DNA from: Actinomycetota bacterium
Lineage (GTDB): Bacteria > Actinomycetota > Actinomycetes > Nanopelagicales > Nanopelagicaceae
NCBI GenBank assembly: GCA_046048255.1
Contig: JBJOGL010000001.1
Span: forward strand, 68,850-132,849
Direction: 5' to 3'
DNA length: 64,000 nucleotides
The translations under genes were made by a program, and so were the position numbers. The notes under the pieces were generated by a model. That model worked only from the letters and a program-made list of their open reading frames with translations, searched no databases and was not told where the DNA came from. Shown one piece after another: positions 9,433-23,091 of the stretch (positions within the stretch are counted from its first letter, which is position 1; each line of letters opens with the position of its first letter).

Positions 9433-9848
9433 CGCGGAGAATCAGCCTTCCTGGAGCAGACGAGCTGTTCCGCAAAACGACACTTAGTGCGGTTCCAGAT
9501 CAAGTAGAAGTTGTTGAAGAGGTAGTTCATACAAACCGGCCGACGACTTCATCGGCTGCAAAAACGCAACCGAAAAACTCGACTGGAGTTAGGCAGACTC
9601 CTCGAAGGCGACCAACTGGAATTGACAAAGGTCCATCAGGTCGAGAGAAGCATGATGAAAAGATAACGGTCTATCTTTCGCCGGAAGAGTTGTTTGATCT
9701 TGAACAAGCCCGTCTACATCTGAGGGGCGATTTAGGTTTAGCGGTTGATCGTGGCCGTATTGTGCGTGAAGCGCTATCAATAGTTATCTCAGATTTAGAG
9801 GCAAAAGGTGATCAATCAATTATCGCGAGAAGGTTGCGCGGTAGATAA
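9429..9848 (+). CDS. Hypothetical 139-aa protein: basic, disordered N-half and a possible ribbon-helix-helix-like C-half
   Basis: ATGA overlap with the parA-like stop. The C-terminus KITVYLSPEELFDLEQARLHLR...VDRGRIVREALSIVISDL has a beta-alpha-alpha pattern. No family recognised by eye. Confidence 0.55.
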   Translation: MTRRISLPGADELFRKTTLSAVPDQVEVVEEVVHTNRPTTSSAAKTQPKNSTGVRQTPRRRPTGIDKGPSGREKHDEKITVYLSPEELFDLEQARLHLRGDLGLAVDRGRIVREALSIVISDLEAKGDQSIIARRLRGR

Positions 9849-9853
9849 ATCAC

Positions 9854-10768
9854 TTACCGGGCTCGGGGATGAGCGGCTGCGTAGCTTTCGCGTAATTTGT
9901 CGATCGTTACCAATGTATAAATCTGTGTGGTGCTAACTGAAGCATGTCCGAGAAGTTCTTGAACGACTCGTATGTCTGCTCCTCCATCTAAAAGATGAGT
10001 GGCGAATGAATGCCTTAGAGCATGTGGCGAAACTTTTCCATCTAATCCGCTTCGTTCAGCGGCTACAAGGACGATATTCCATGCGCTCTGCCTCGAAATT
10101 CGCCCGCCCCGGGCATTGAGAAATAGGGCCCTCTGACCGCTTTTTTGCCCGATATTTTGTAGGGAGGGCCTCAATCTAACTATGTAATCCTCGATCGCTC
10201 TTCGAGCAAAACTGCCAATAGGAACTATCCGTTCCTTTCGACCTTTACCGAGAATTCGAAGCGTAGTTATCTCATCCTCATTCGAAGATGACTTCTTGAC
10301 GTCATCCAAATCGAGCGCAACGATCTCACTGACGCGAGCACCCGTCGCGTACAGCAACTCCAGCAAAGCTCTATCCCTTAGCCCCATCCCCTCAAGAGCT
10401 GGAGAAGATATCAGCGACTCAATTTCGCCAATAGTTAAAGCTTTTGGGAGACGTTTTGGGATTTTAGGAGGAACTAGTTCATGGGCTTTATCCTCTATTC
10501 CACGATCTCTTGCAAGGAACTTATAAAAAGTTCTAATGCAAACTGTTACGCGCGCAATACTTGCATCCGTTAATCCCTGCTGCCTCAGTTCCGTCAAGAA
10601 ATCTCGCAGATCATCACTCTGTGAATCCCAGAGAGTGAGCTGACGATTCTCCAAAAAATGAGCGAGCTTCTGTAAATCTCTTCTATATGCGGCGAGCGTG
10701 TTCTTGCTAAGGCCACGCTCTACTCCGAGATGACTTAAAAAACTATCGAGTAAGCCTTTATTTTCCAC
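9854..10768 (-). CDS. xerD: Site-specific tyrosine recombinase XerD
   Basis: Catalytic region [37 protein letters not shown] plus an N-terminal SAM-like domain. GTG start. Confidence 0.9.
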   Translation of the reverse strand: MENKGLLDSFLSHLGVERGLSKNTLAAYRRDLQKLAHFLENRQLTLWDSQSDDLRDFLTELRQQGLTDASIARVTVCIRTFYKFLARDRGIEDKAHELVPPKIPKRLPKALTIGEIESLISSPALEGMGLRDRALLELLYATGARVSEIVALDLDDVKKSSSNEDEITTLRILGKGRKERIVPIGSFARRAIEDYIVRLRPSLQNIGQKSGQRALFLNARGGRISRQSAWNIVLVAAERSGLDGKVSPHALRHSFATHLLDGGADIRVVQELLGHASVSTTQIYTLVTIDKLRESYAAAHPRAR

Positions 10769-12392
10769 GGTTAATCGCAGCTTTGATTAAGCCACTAAAG
10801 AGAGGATGCGGGTTAGTCGGACGCGACCTGAATTCTGGGTGAGCTTGAGTTCCGACATAGTAAGGATGTACCGCGCGCGGGAGCTCAACAAACTCAACCA
10901 GTGATCCATCGGGAGAAAGGCCGCTAAAGACTAATCCTGCCTTAGCAATCTCTTCACGATATTGATTATTTACCTCGTATCTATGGCGATGGCGCTCTGA
11001 TATTTCAGAACTACCGTAGACCTCGGCGACAATCGAACCTTCTGCAAGAAGCGCTTTATAAAGTCCTAGCCGCATAGAGCCGCCCATATCACCATCTCCG
11101 GCAACAATTCGCTCTTGTCCAAGCATGGTTGCAATGACTGGATGTGGAGAATCTGGCGCAAATTCAGCTGAGTTAGCCTCGACAATGCCAGCGAGATTTC
11201 GTGCCGACTCAATAACCATACATTGCAATCCTAGGCAGAGTCCGAGAGCAGGAATCTTCTCTTCTCGTGCATATTTGAGTGCGCCAACTTTGCCCTCGAT
11301 GCCTCTAACGCCGAAACCACCTGGCACACAAATAGCATCAACTCCCTCTAGCTGAGACTTGGCACCTTCAGCCGTTTCACATTCATCACTTATTACCCAC
11401 TTGATTTCAACTCGTACATTATTTTCAAATCCGCCGGCCCGAAGCGCTTCGGTAACTGAGAGATAGGCATCTGGTAGATCGACATACTTTCCAACCAGTC
11501 CAACTTTGACGGTTTGCGACGGATTATGAACCCGCCTAAGTAACTCATCCCATTCGCCCCAGTCAACATCGTGCGCGGGGAGGCCCAACCTTCTGACGAT
11601 GTATGAATCTAGCCCTTCGCGATGAAGTACTTTGGGAATGTCGTATATGGAGGGCGCATCTACAGCGGCGACAACAGCCTCTTGATCAACGTCGCACATG
11701 AGCGAAATCTTCTTCTTAACATTTATAGGAATCTCTCGATCACTTCTTAGAACCACGCCATCTGGGCTAATACCAATAGAGCGCAGAGCTTGGACCGAGT
11801 GTTGTGTGGGTTTGGTCTTTAACTCACCCGAGGGTCCGATATAAGGAACCAGAGATACATGCAAGTAGAAGACATTCTCTCTGCCAACTTCTTGTCGGAT
11901 CTGTCGCGCCGCTTCCAGAAATGGAAGAGACTCGATATCCCCTACCGTTCCACCTACCTCCGTAATTACAATGTCAATTTCTGGAGCCGCCATTGCGCGA
12001 ATTCGATCTTTGATCTCATTTGTTATGTGCGGAATAACTTGAACTGTATCCCCTAGATACTCGCCACGGCGCTCTCTTGCGATAACTCGCGAGTACACTT
12101 GGCCCGTTGTGACATTTGCCGAGCCATGCAGGTTTGTATCTAAAAATCTCTCATAATGACCGATATCTAAATCTGTCTCAGCCCCGTCGTCAGTTACAAA
12201 GACCTCGCCATGTTGAAATGGATTCATGGTTCCTGGGTCGACGTTTATATATGGATCCAGTTTCTGCATGGTAACGCGGAGACCACGTGCACGCAGTAAT
12301 CTGCCGAGACTCGATGCAGTAAGGCCCTTGCCTAAACTTGAGGCGACTCCGCCGGTGACAAATAAATGCTTGGTCACATGAGGGGCGGTCAT
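10758..12392 (-). CDS. pyrG: CTP synthase
   Basis: 544 aa: [17 protein letters not shown]-terminus and a glutaminase domain (GLCLGLQCM). Confidence 0.95.
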   Translation of the reverse strand: MTAPHVTKHLFVTGGVASSLGKGLTASSLGRLLRARGLRVTMQKLDPYINVDPGTMNPFQHGEVFVTDDGAETDLDIGHYERFLDTNLHGSANVTTGQVYSRVIARERRGEYLGDTVQVIPHITNEIKDRIRAMAAPEIDIVITEVGGTVGDIESLPFLEAARQIRQEVGRENVFYLHVSLVPYIGPSGELKTKPTQHSVQALRSIGISPDGVVLRSDREIPINVKKKISLMCDVDQEAVVAAVDAPSIYDIPKVLHREGLDSYIVRRLGLPAHDVDWGEWDELLRRVHNPSQTVKVGLVGKYVDLPDAYLSVTEALRAGGFENNVRVEIKWVISDECETAEGAKSQLEGVDAICVPGGFGVRGIEGKVGALKYAREEKIPALGLCLGLQCMVIESARNLAGIVEANSAEFAPDSPHPVIATMLGQERIVAGDGDMGGSMRLGLYKALLAEGSIVAEVYGSSEISERHRHRYEVNNQYREEIAKAGLVFSGLSPDGSLVEFVELPRAVHPYYVGTQAHPEFRSRPTNPHPLFSGLIKAAINRGK

Positions 12393-12414
12393 GGAGCACT
12401 AACTTATCACCGAC

Positions 12415-14190
12415 CTAGCTCTTTACTAAATCAAGCAACTCGCGAGCGTGCTCTTGGGCGTGTTCAGAACCTTCTAAACCAGAGAGCATGCGAGCTATCT
12501 CGCTCTCCCGTTCGCCTCCTTCAATATTGGTAACAGAACTTTCTGTGATACTTCCATTTGAATCCTTCAGAACGCGCAGATGATTGTTTCCCCAAATTGC
12601 TACTTGGGCTAAGTGCGTCACCACAATTATCTGGGCTTTCTCTGCAAGTTGTTTCAATCTCCGACCGACTTCCAGAGCGGCCTTGCCGCCGATACCGGAA
12701 TCAATCTCATCGAAAAGATAGGTTCCCATGGGCGAAGACTCTGCAACTACAACTTCAAGCGCCAACATCAATCTTGATAATTCGCCGCCGCTTGCCGCTT
12801 TTGAAATAGGTAGTAACTCTCCCTCAGCGTGAGCTGCGAAGCGCATAACAACTTCATCATTACCAAATCGACCAAATTTTGAACTATCGAACATCACCCC
12901 ATTTGCTTCAAGTTTCAAGCTTTCGCGAACTTCACATCCAAACTGGGCCTTTGGCATGGCAAGATCTCGCAACTCGCGGGTCACTTCCTCATCTAGTTTT
13001 TTAGCCCGTTGTTGACGTAAGTCAGTTAAACGTCCCGTTGCATCTAACAGCTTGTGATAATTCGCACGCTGCTCTCTCTCCAACTCATCAACCCGACCCT
13101 CGCCACCAGTTAGATCTTTCATTCGATTACTGGCTGCTTCAGCTCTTTCGAGCGCTATACCCAATGCTTCCTCGAGATTTGCTCCCTCGCCGAACCTTTT
13201 TGCGTAAGTTCGTAAGGCTGCGCGGCGGTTAAACAATTCTTCAAGGCGCATTGGATCAGCAGCCAAATCTTCTAAGTATGCGTTTAGCCTGCTAGATAGC
13301 TCAGCCAAGGCGAAGTAACCCTCTTCAATAACTACCGCTGCTTCGTCTAGGACCTGGTCTTTATCCCGAACCGACTGAATAGTGCGCCGAGCAATTCCCA
13401 ACGTCGTATTTGCCCCATGCTCTTCACCGTCCACGGCGCTCAAGAGCGTGTTTAGCGCCAAACGTATCTCTTCGACGCTCTCAAGCTTCTTAATCTCTGT
13501 ATCAATTAATGAAAGCTCGCCGATTTCTGGCTTTAGTTTCTTCGTTTCCCCAAGTAATTCCTGAAGTTCTGCGACTTCCTTATCGCGATCAAGCAGGGCC
13601 CGCTTCAAATTTTCAACTCTCTTTGAACTTGCATCGAAAGCCTCTAGGCGTTCTTGATATTCATGTAGGAGCAATTCGATATCCCGACCACCAAAGCGAT
13701 CGAGCATCTCTCGCTGTTTCTGCGGTTTGGAAAGTTGCAAGGTTCCGTGCTGGCCATGTATCTCTATCAACTCAGATCCGAACTGCGAAAGAATTGAAGC
13801 TGTGGTGTTTAGGCCACAGATCGAAGCCCTACTTTTGCCATCTGAATTTAGAATCCTTGTTAGAAGTAACTCGCTCTCTTCCGGCTCTATCTCATTATCC
13901 TCAATCAAATTCTTGAGCGAGCGCTGTATTGGATCTGATAGAGCAAACCTGCCACTGACAACTAGACGTTCAGAACCCTTTCTTATCAAATCTGAATCTG
14001 TCTTGCCGCCCAAAACCAACGATAGCGCTGTTAAAACCATGGTCTTTCCGGCACCCGTTTCACCCGTGATGACGTTGAGTCCGGGTTTGAATTCTACGGT
14101 CGCATTTTCGATAACACCCAAGCCTTTGATTGATACCTCTTCAAGGCGAGTTCGTTTCACTTGATGCGTTTCACTCACCCCGCCAACCAT
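12415..14190 (-). CDS. recN: DNA repair protein RecN
   Basis: Walker A GETGAGKTM, a long coiled-coil middle and a signature ASGGELSRLMLAL. Start ambiguous: TTG 14193, ATG 14190, GTG 14178 or GTG 14160. Overlaps the nadK stop. Confidence 0.9.
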   Translation of the reverse strand: MVGGVSETHQVKRTRLEEVSIKGLGVIENATVEFKPGLNVITGETGAGKTMVLTALSLVLGGKTDSDLIRKGSERLVVSGRFALSDPIQRSLKNLIEDNEIEPEESELLLTRILNSDGKSRASICGLNTTASILSQFGSELIEIHGQHGTLQLSKPQKQREMLDRFGGRDIELLLHEYQERLEAFDASSKRVENLKRALLDRDKEVAELQELLGETKKLKPEIGELSLIDTEIKKLESVEEIRLALNTLLSAVDGEEHGANTTLGIARRTIQSVRDKDQVLDEAAVVIEEGYFALAELSSRLNAYLEDLAADPMRLEELFNRRAALRTYAKRFGEGANLEEALGIALERAEAASNRMKDLTGGEGRVDELEREQRANYHKLLDATGRLTDLRQQRAKKLDEEVTRELRDLAMPKAQFGCEVRESLKLEANGVMFDSSKFGRFGNDEVVMRFAAHAEGELLPISKAASGGELSRLMLALEVVVAESSPMGTYLFDEIDSGIGGKAALEVGRRLKQLAEKAQIIVVTHLAQVAIWGNNHLRVLKDSNGSITESSVTNIEGGERESEIARMLSGLEGSEHAQEHARELLDLVKS

Positions 14191-15037
14191 CAACTGGAAG
14201 TTTGAATTTCGCGACTAAGCGGTCGGCAAAAGAGGCATCTTCTAAATGGGCTAGGGAAATGAAAGTCTTTTCACTAGTTAGTAGGACTCGATCACCCTCT
14301 CTAAGCTGAAATTTTCTAAGTCCATCTGCCGAGAGAACGCCTATTTCACTCTCTACATCTATAGCAATCTCCGAATCAGGCGAAACAACCATCGGATCGG
14401 AAAATAGCGCATGCGCGGCGAGAGGTAGCAACACCAAGGCTTCGACATCGGGCCAGACAACTGGGCCACCTGCCGAAAAAGCGTACGCAGTCGAACCAGT
14501 AGGCGTAGCGCAAATAACTCCGTCACAACCCCATCGCGACAACGGACGGTGATCAATCTGCACGAACAATTCGATCATTGCTTCAGTATTACGCTCGACC
14601 GTGACTTCGTTGAGCGCCCAACCATTTGTAATCTGAGACTCTCCCCTAAAGACTTTATAAGCAAGAGTCATTCTTTTCTCTGTTTTGTAATTTCTGTTAT
14701 TGATAGCGTCTACAAGCTCTCCAACAGATGGCTTCTCAATCTGAGCAAGAAAACCGACATGACCTAGATTGATTCCGAGAACTGGGATATCAGTTCCATG
14801 TGCAATCTCAGCGCCGCGAAGGATTGTGCCATCACCACCTAGAACGAGCACAAGCTCATGCTTCTTTACGCTCTCTAAAATTTCACTCTGCGATTTGGAG
14901 ATAATTCCCGGAATAGAAACTTCAGAAGAAGTGTGAACTGCAACCCCATTTTTACCAAGTTCAGCTACAACTTCTGTCGCAAGGAGATACGCTTCGGGTC
15001 GAGAGGGATGTAAGACGAGGATGATGCTACGACTCAT
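14171..15037 (-). CDS. nadK: NAD kinase
   Basis: GGDGTILRGA motif, 288 aa. Conserved tlyA-nadK-recN order. Confidence 0.9.
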   Translation of the reverse strand: MSRSIILVLHPSRPEAYLLATEVVAELGKNGVAVHTSSEVSIPGIISKSQSEILESVKKHELVLVLGGDGTILRGAEIAHGTDIPVLGINLGHVGFLAQIEKPSVGELVDAINNRNYKTEKRMTLAYKVFRGESQITNGWALNEVTVERNTEAMIELFVQIDHRPLSRWGCDGVICATPTGSTAYAFSAGGPVVWPDVEALVLLPLAAHALFSDPMVVSPDSEIAIDVESEIGVLSADGLRKFQLREGDRVLLTSEKTFISLAHLEDASFADRLVAKFKLPVDGWRGE

Positions 15038-15826
15038 CTATTGAGGTCCCTTCTCTACGGCAAGATATATCTCAGCGGCAACAGGGGCTGGGGCGCTCCG
15101 TTTCAACCAGAGGAAATATTCCACATTTCCCGATGGTCCGGGTAATGAACTTGCAACTACTCCAAGACAGCCCAGACCAAGCTCGAAGGCGCGATTGGCA
15201 ACTTCTGCCACAGCGCTCGCTCTTAACTCTGGCGAGCGAACCACTCCTCCTGATTCCAGAGCCTCTCGACCAACCTCGAATTGTGGTTTAACCATAAGAA
15301 GAAAATCACCCATCGAAGATGCGCATGAGATCAAAGCCGGAAGAACTGTCTTGAGCGAGATGAAAGAGAGGTCCCCAACAACTAGATCAACCGCTTCTCC
15401 CAATTTCTCAACCTTGAGTTCTCTAATATTTGTTCGATCATGAATGATGACTCGAGGATCTTGCTGGAGCTTCCAGGCAAGTTGTCCATACCCGACATCT
15501 ACGGCATGAACTTTCGCTGCACCTCTTCGCAACAAAACATCAGTAAATCCTCCAGTTGATGCGCCAGCATCCAGACATACTCGACCATCCACCTCAAGTT
15601 CGGCAAAGTAATCTAGAGCTCCGGATAACTTCAGCCCGCCCCTTGAGACAAAATCATCACTCGGCAGATCGACAATAATCGAGACAGTCGAATCCACACG
15701 TGTTGCAGATTTGGTTGCAGGCAAACCAGCCACTTTTACTAAACCACGTTCGATTAAATCTTGGGCGTTCTCCCTGGAGCGGGCGAGGCCTCGTTTTACC
15801 AATTCGGAATCAAGTCGACTGCGCAT
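15038..15826 (-). CDS. tlyA: TlyA-family rRNA 2'-O-methyltransferase (hemolysin A-like)
   Basis: N-terminal S4 domain (RLDSELVKRGLARSRENAQDLI) and a FtsJ-like SAM motif LDAGASTGGFTD. Confidence 0.9.
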   Translation of the reverse strand: MRSRLDSELVKRGLARSRENAQDLIERGLVKVAGLPATKSATRVDSTVSIIVDLPSDDFVSRGGLKLSGALDYFAELEVDGRVCLDAGASTGGFTDVLLRRGAAKVHAVDVGYGQLAWKLQQDPRVIIHDRTNIRELKVEKLGEAVDLVVGDLSFISLKTVLPALISCASSMGDFLLMVKPQFEVGREALESGGVVRSPELRASAVAEVANRAFELGLGCLGVVASSLPGPSGNVEYFLWLKRSAPAPVAAEIYLAVEKGPQ

Positions 15827-15848
15827 CTGATCCCCTGTTTGGAAACTC

Positions 15849-16013
15849 TTAAGACTGCGAGTTTGTTATGCCTTCTACCGATGCAAGCGCATCGGAAAGA
15901 TCATTATTAACCTCTTCGAATTTGGCGCCATGTTCTTCTAGTGGCAGCAGGCCAATCTCGTTGACTTTACGCTTTATCAAGGAGATTCGATCGACGCTCT
16001 CTTGGTTGCTCAC
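15849..16013 (-). CDS. Small conserved hypothetical protein (54 aa; same position as Rv1693 upstream of tlyA)
   Basis: Not in the ORF track because it is under 60 aa. GTG start 2 nt after the upstream stop. My translation is VSNQESVDRISLIKRKVNEIGLLPLEEHGAKFEEVNNDLSDALASVEGITNSQS. It fills an otherwise empty 189-bp gap. Confidence 0.5.
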   Translation of the reverse strand: MSNQESVDRISLIKRKVNEIGLLPLEEHGAKFEEVNNDLSDALASVEGITNSQS

Positions 16014-16015
16014 CC

Positions 16016-16366
16016 TTAACTCTTCTTTCCAGCAGATTTAGCGCTACTCTTTTTCTTCGCTTTCGGTTTTGATTTTGGTTTTGCTTTTGCGTCAAGTTTG
16101 GGTTTTGGTTTTGCTCCCGAGGACTTGTTCTTAAGGAGCGACTTCAATTCCATTACTTCGCGCTCAAGTCTTTTTAGATCACTCGCTTTCGCAAAACCCA
16201 TTCGAGAGACGTTCTTTTTTACCTCTTCTTCAATCTTTACCTTAATTGCTTCCCCGCTCTCTCGAGCCCAAGCATTAAGGGCAGCTGCAACTTCCTGGGG
16301 GGTCTTTTCGCCACTACTTATCTTGGTTAAGTAGGTTCTAAGAGCAGAGAATAGATCGTTAGCCAT
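16016..16366 (-). CDS. Hypothetical small basic protein: helical N-domain plus a Lys/Pro/Ala-rich histone-H1-like tail
   Basis: 116 aa. The tail is KNKSSGAKPKPKLDAKAKPKSKPKAKKKSSAKSAGKKS. ATG start, tightly packed with its neighbours. Confidence 0.6.
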   Translation of the reverse strand: MANDLFSALRTYLTKISSGEKTPQEVAAALNAWARESGEAIKVKIEEEVKKNVSRMGFAKASDLKRLEREVMELKSLLKNKSSGAKPKPKLDAKAKPKSKPKAKKKSSAKSAGKKS

Positions 16367-16379
16367 GGCGAAAAGGTAC

Positions 16380-16682
16380 CTAAATTCGTGTCAATTCGCG
16401 CGCTTCGACCTGCCAACGGCTTGTGATGCCCGCCTTACCTTTCCAGAACCTTCGCCGCAAAACTCCTCTTATCTCAATCCATTCCTCTGCTTCTAAGGAG
16501 AGTGCTCTCTTTCGCAATTGAGATTTCCATGTGGCAATATCCAAGGTATCAACGCCTTCACGATCGTCGCGATCGATAATCAGCCTAAATTCGACAACGG
16601 CATCACCACTAGGCAGAGTCTTTTCGGTTGGCTTGCCACTCACACGACCATTCAACTCAACTTTATTCTTATAACGCGTCAT
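16380..16682 (-). CDS. Single-stranded-DNA-binding-like OB-fold protein (100 aa, no acidic C-terminal tail)
   Basis: Aligns by eye to the SSB OB core (VELNGRVSGKPTEKTLPSGDAVVEFRL ... WIEIRGVLRRRFW...RWQVEARE). Confidence 0.6.
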   Translation of the reverse strand: MTRYKNKVELNGRVSGKPTEKTLPSGDAVVEFRLIIDRDDREGVDTLDIATWKSQLRKRALSLEAEEWIEIRGVLRRRFWKGKAGITSRWQVEARELTRI

Positions 16683-16730
16683 TTACGTCCTCGACCTTCT
16701 CTCGATATTTTAGGGACGAATGATTCAAGA

Positions 16731-17561
16731 TTATGAGCCCGTTTCGCTCGCTTCGATAAAGACTTGTGGATAGCGCTGGCGAAACTCTTCGGCTTCATTA
16801 GTTCTTTCAGCTTTTAATAAGGCTTGGTAGTAGGCCTTTCGCAATCTCTTGCTCCAGGCTGGATCACTCTCGTTAAGTTCGCTACATTTCAAAGTTAGTA
16901 CTGCTGCATCAAATTGTCCAAGCGCTTCTCTCGCAATCGATGCCGCAATTCTCATCTCGACTCTTCCAGCCTTACTGAGCTTTGATTCAGATACGCCCCC
17001 GGCTATTTCTAAAGCTTTTCTTGCATTTCCTAGTGCTGCTTCGCATTGTGCGATAAACGGTTCTAATTCGATTGACCCACTTATCCGACTCGCAGCACGC
17101 AAATCCTTAAGTGCTTCCTTGTAGTGCCCCGCTCGAAGTGCTGCGACTCCGGCCCATTCGCGAACGATTCCTAAACGTCCGGCCCGAAAAGAGATCTCTT
17201 TCCCATGCAAATAGGCGCGCTCTGGGTCGCTCTCAAGAAAACGTTCTAAAGCGATTAAATGTCTGGCTACGCTCTTTGCGTTGCTTGGTGTCAGAGAGGC
17301 AATTTGAAAAGCAAACTTCTTCTCTAACTCTTCGCCTGTAATATCTGCAGGAACTGATGGTGTTTCAAAGTTTCGTTGGCGACGTTCCTCTTCCTCGGGG
17401 AGCGCTTTTTTAAAAGTTGATCGATCGGATCTGGGTCTTTCGGATCTGGGTCTATCGGATCTGGGTCTATCAGATCTGGGTCTATCAGATCTGGGTTTAT
17501 CAGATCTGGGTTTATCAGATCTGGGTCGAGACTTATCTCCAGAAAATGAAAAAGGGGCCAC
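16731..17561 (-). CDS. Hypothetical protein with N-terminal PRSD(K/R) pentapeptide repeats and a TPR-like helical C-domain
   Basis: 276 aa, GTG start. N-terminus is PRSDKPRSDKPRSDRPRSDRPRSDRPRSERPRSDRS. The C-terminal 200 aa is helical and repeat-like. Confidence 0.65.
   Translation of the reverse strand: MAPFSFSGDKSRPRSDKPRSDKPRSDRPRSDRPRSDRPRSERPRSDRSTFKKALPEEEERRQRNFETPSVPADITGEELEKKFAFQIASLTPSNAKSVARHLIALERFLESDPERAYLHGKEISFRAGRLGIVREWAGVAALRAGHYKEALKDLRAASRISGSIELEPFIAQCEAALGNARKALEIAGGVSESKLSKAGRVEMRIAASIAREALGQFDAAVLTLKCSELNESDPAWSKRLRKAYYQALLKAERTNEAEEFRQRYPQVFIEASETGS
17426..17530 (-). repeat. Tandem repeat, 7 x 15 bp, in frame (encodes the PRSD(K/R) repeats)
   Basis: Units read cggatctgggtcttt / cggatctgggtctat (x2) / cagatctgggtctat / cagatctgggtttat (x2) / cagatctgggtcgag. 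Confidence 0.9.
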
Positions 17562-17591
17562 AGTAATCTGTAACCCCTCTTTCTAATTTAA

Positions 17592-17710
17592 GTCCGGCGG
17601 CGTTCTACTCTCCCACACGGTGCCCCGTGCAGTACCATCGACGCTGAGAGGCTTAACTTCCGGGTTCGGAATGGGACCGGGTGTTTCCCTCTCGCTATGA
17701 CCGCCGAAAC
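17592..17710 (-). rRNA. rrf: 5S ribosomal RNA
   Basis: The reverse complement reads GTTTCGGCGGTCATAGCGAGAGGGAAACACCCGGTCCCATTCCGAACCCGGAAGTTAAGCC...GGGAGAGTAGAACGCCGCCGGAC. Confidence 0.95.
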
Positions 17711-17812
17711 GCTATTGAGATTTCAATCTGAACCAAATTCAAAAATTAATTTGAATTTTTTAGTTCCCGACCGTATCTCGGGAACCACACAGTGGACGCG
17801 TAGCAACTTTGT

Positions 17813-20904
<3,092 letters not shown>

Positions 20905-20929
20905 ACAAAGATGCTCGCGTCCACTGTGT

Positions 20930-20946
20930 AGTTCTCAAGGTACGGG
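20930..20946 (-). promoter_or_regulatory. BoxA-like antitermination element in the 16S-23S spacer
   Basis: The transcript reads CCCGTACCTTGAGAACT. An identical 17-mer recurs in the 16S leader. It resembles the actinobacterial GAGAACT-containing boxA. Confidence 0.5.
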
Positions 20947-21098
20947 CGGTACTCGCTCATCAGCCTTACAACTGAATCGCAAGTCCATCTGAAAGTACGG
21001 TTCCCCGTGCCTTCAGAGCTCAACAACGTGCCTCTCACCCGCAATTTCTTGCGAGAGAGAAAAGTCAATGCTCCACTTATTTTTTGAGCTTTATAGCT

Positions 21099-22618
<1,520 letters not shown>

Positions 22619-22777
22619 ATTTTGATTCAACGAGACGTTGATTCCGGCAAAAGAACATAAACAACTGTCGTTATTTAATGTCTTTGACCAATTGATTTGT
22701 ACAAAGGATTCGACGGGCATGGCATTTAAGCCATACCTCATCGAGGTAATTGGCATTGACTAATTAGCACGCTGTTG

Positions 22778-22794
22778 AGTTCTCAAGGTACGGG
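22778..22794 (-). promoter_or_regulatory. BoxA-like antitermination element in the rRNA leader
   Basis: Same 17-mer as at 20930-20946 (CCCGTACCTTGAGAACT on the transcript), about 160 nt upstream of 16S. Confidence 0.5.
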
Positions 22795-22869
22795 TGCGCA
22801 CCGATTCCTGGCCTTACAGCCATTAGCAGGGCACAACGTATCCCACCCCTTTTATAGGGCAGAAGGAGA

Positions 22870-22898
22870 AACCTAGGCCGAGATCGCGTTTAGGTCAA
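22870..22898 (-). promoter_or_regulatory. Candidate rRNA operon promoter
   Basis: On the minus strand, TTGACC-N17-TAGGTT (a TANNNT-type -10), about 245 nt upstream of 16S. Pattern match only. Confidence 0.3.
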
Positions 22899-23091
22899 AT
22901 CGCGAGGCGCACATAGGCAAAACCGCACGAAAACCCTTATAAATCAAGGTTTTTGGCTTCTAGGGAAGTTCCTTTTCGTCTACTCGGCCTGGTGTTGAAG
23001 TCCGATTTCGTAGCGAGAGGCCAAGGATACGGCCTCGTTTTTCCATGGGCAAATCGGCAAAGGCGGCTAAGCGGGGCAAAAAATTAGTTAA

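Noticed and set aside
17426-17530. A regular 15-bp repeat array, considered as a CRISPR-like or satellite element.
   Set aside because: The units are contiguous with no spacers and are far shorter than CRISPR repeats. The array is in frame within a 276-aa ORF, so it is a coding tandem repeat.
17725-17755. An AT-rich inverted repeat (AAATTCAAA-N6-TTTGAATTT) followed by T6 on the plus strand in the 23S-5S spacer, resembling an intrinsic terminator.
   Set aside because: No plus-strand transcript is expected here. The stem is all A-T and therefore very weak. It lies within the rRNA precursor and is more likely spacer processing structure.
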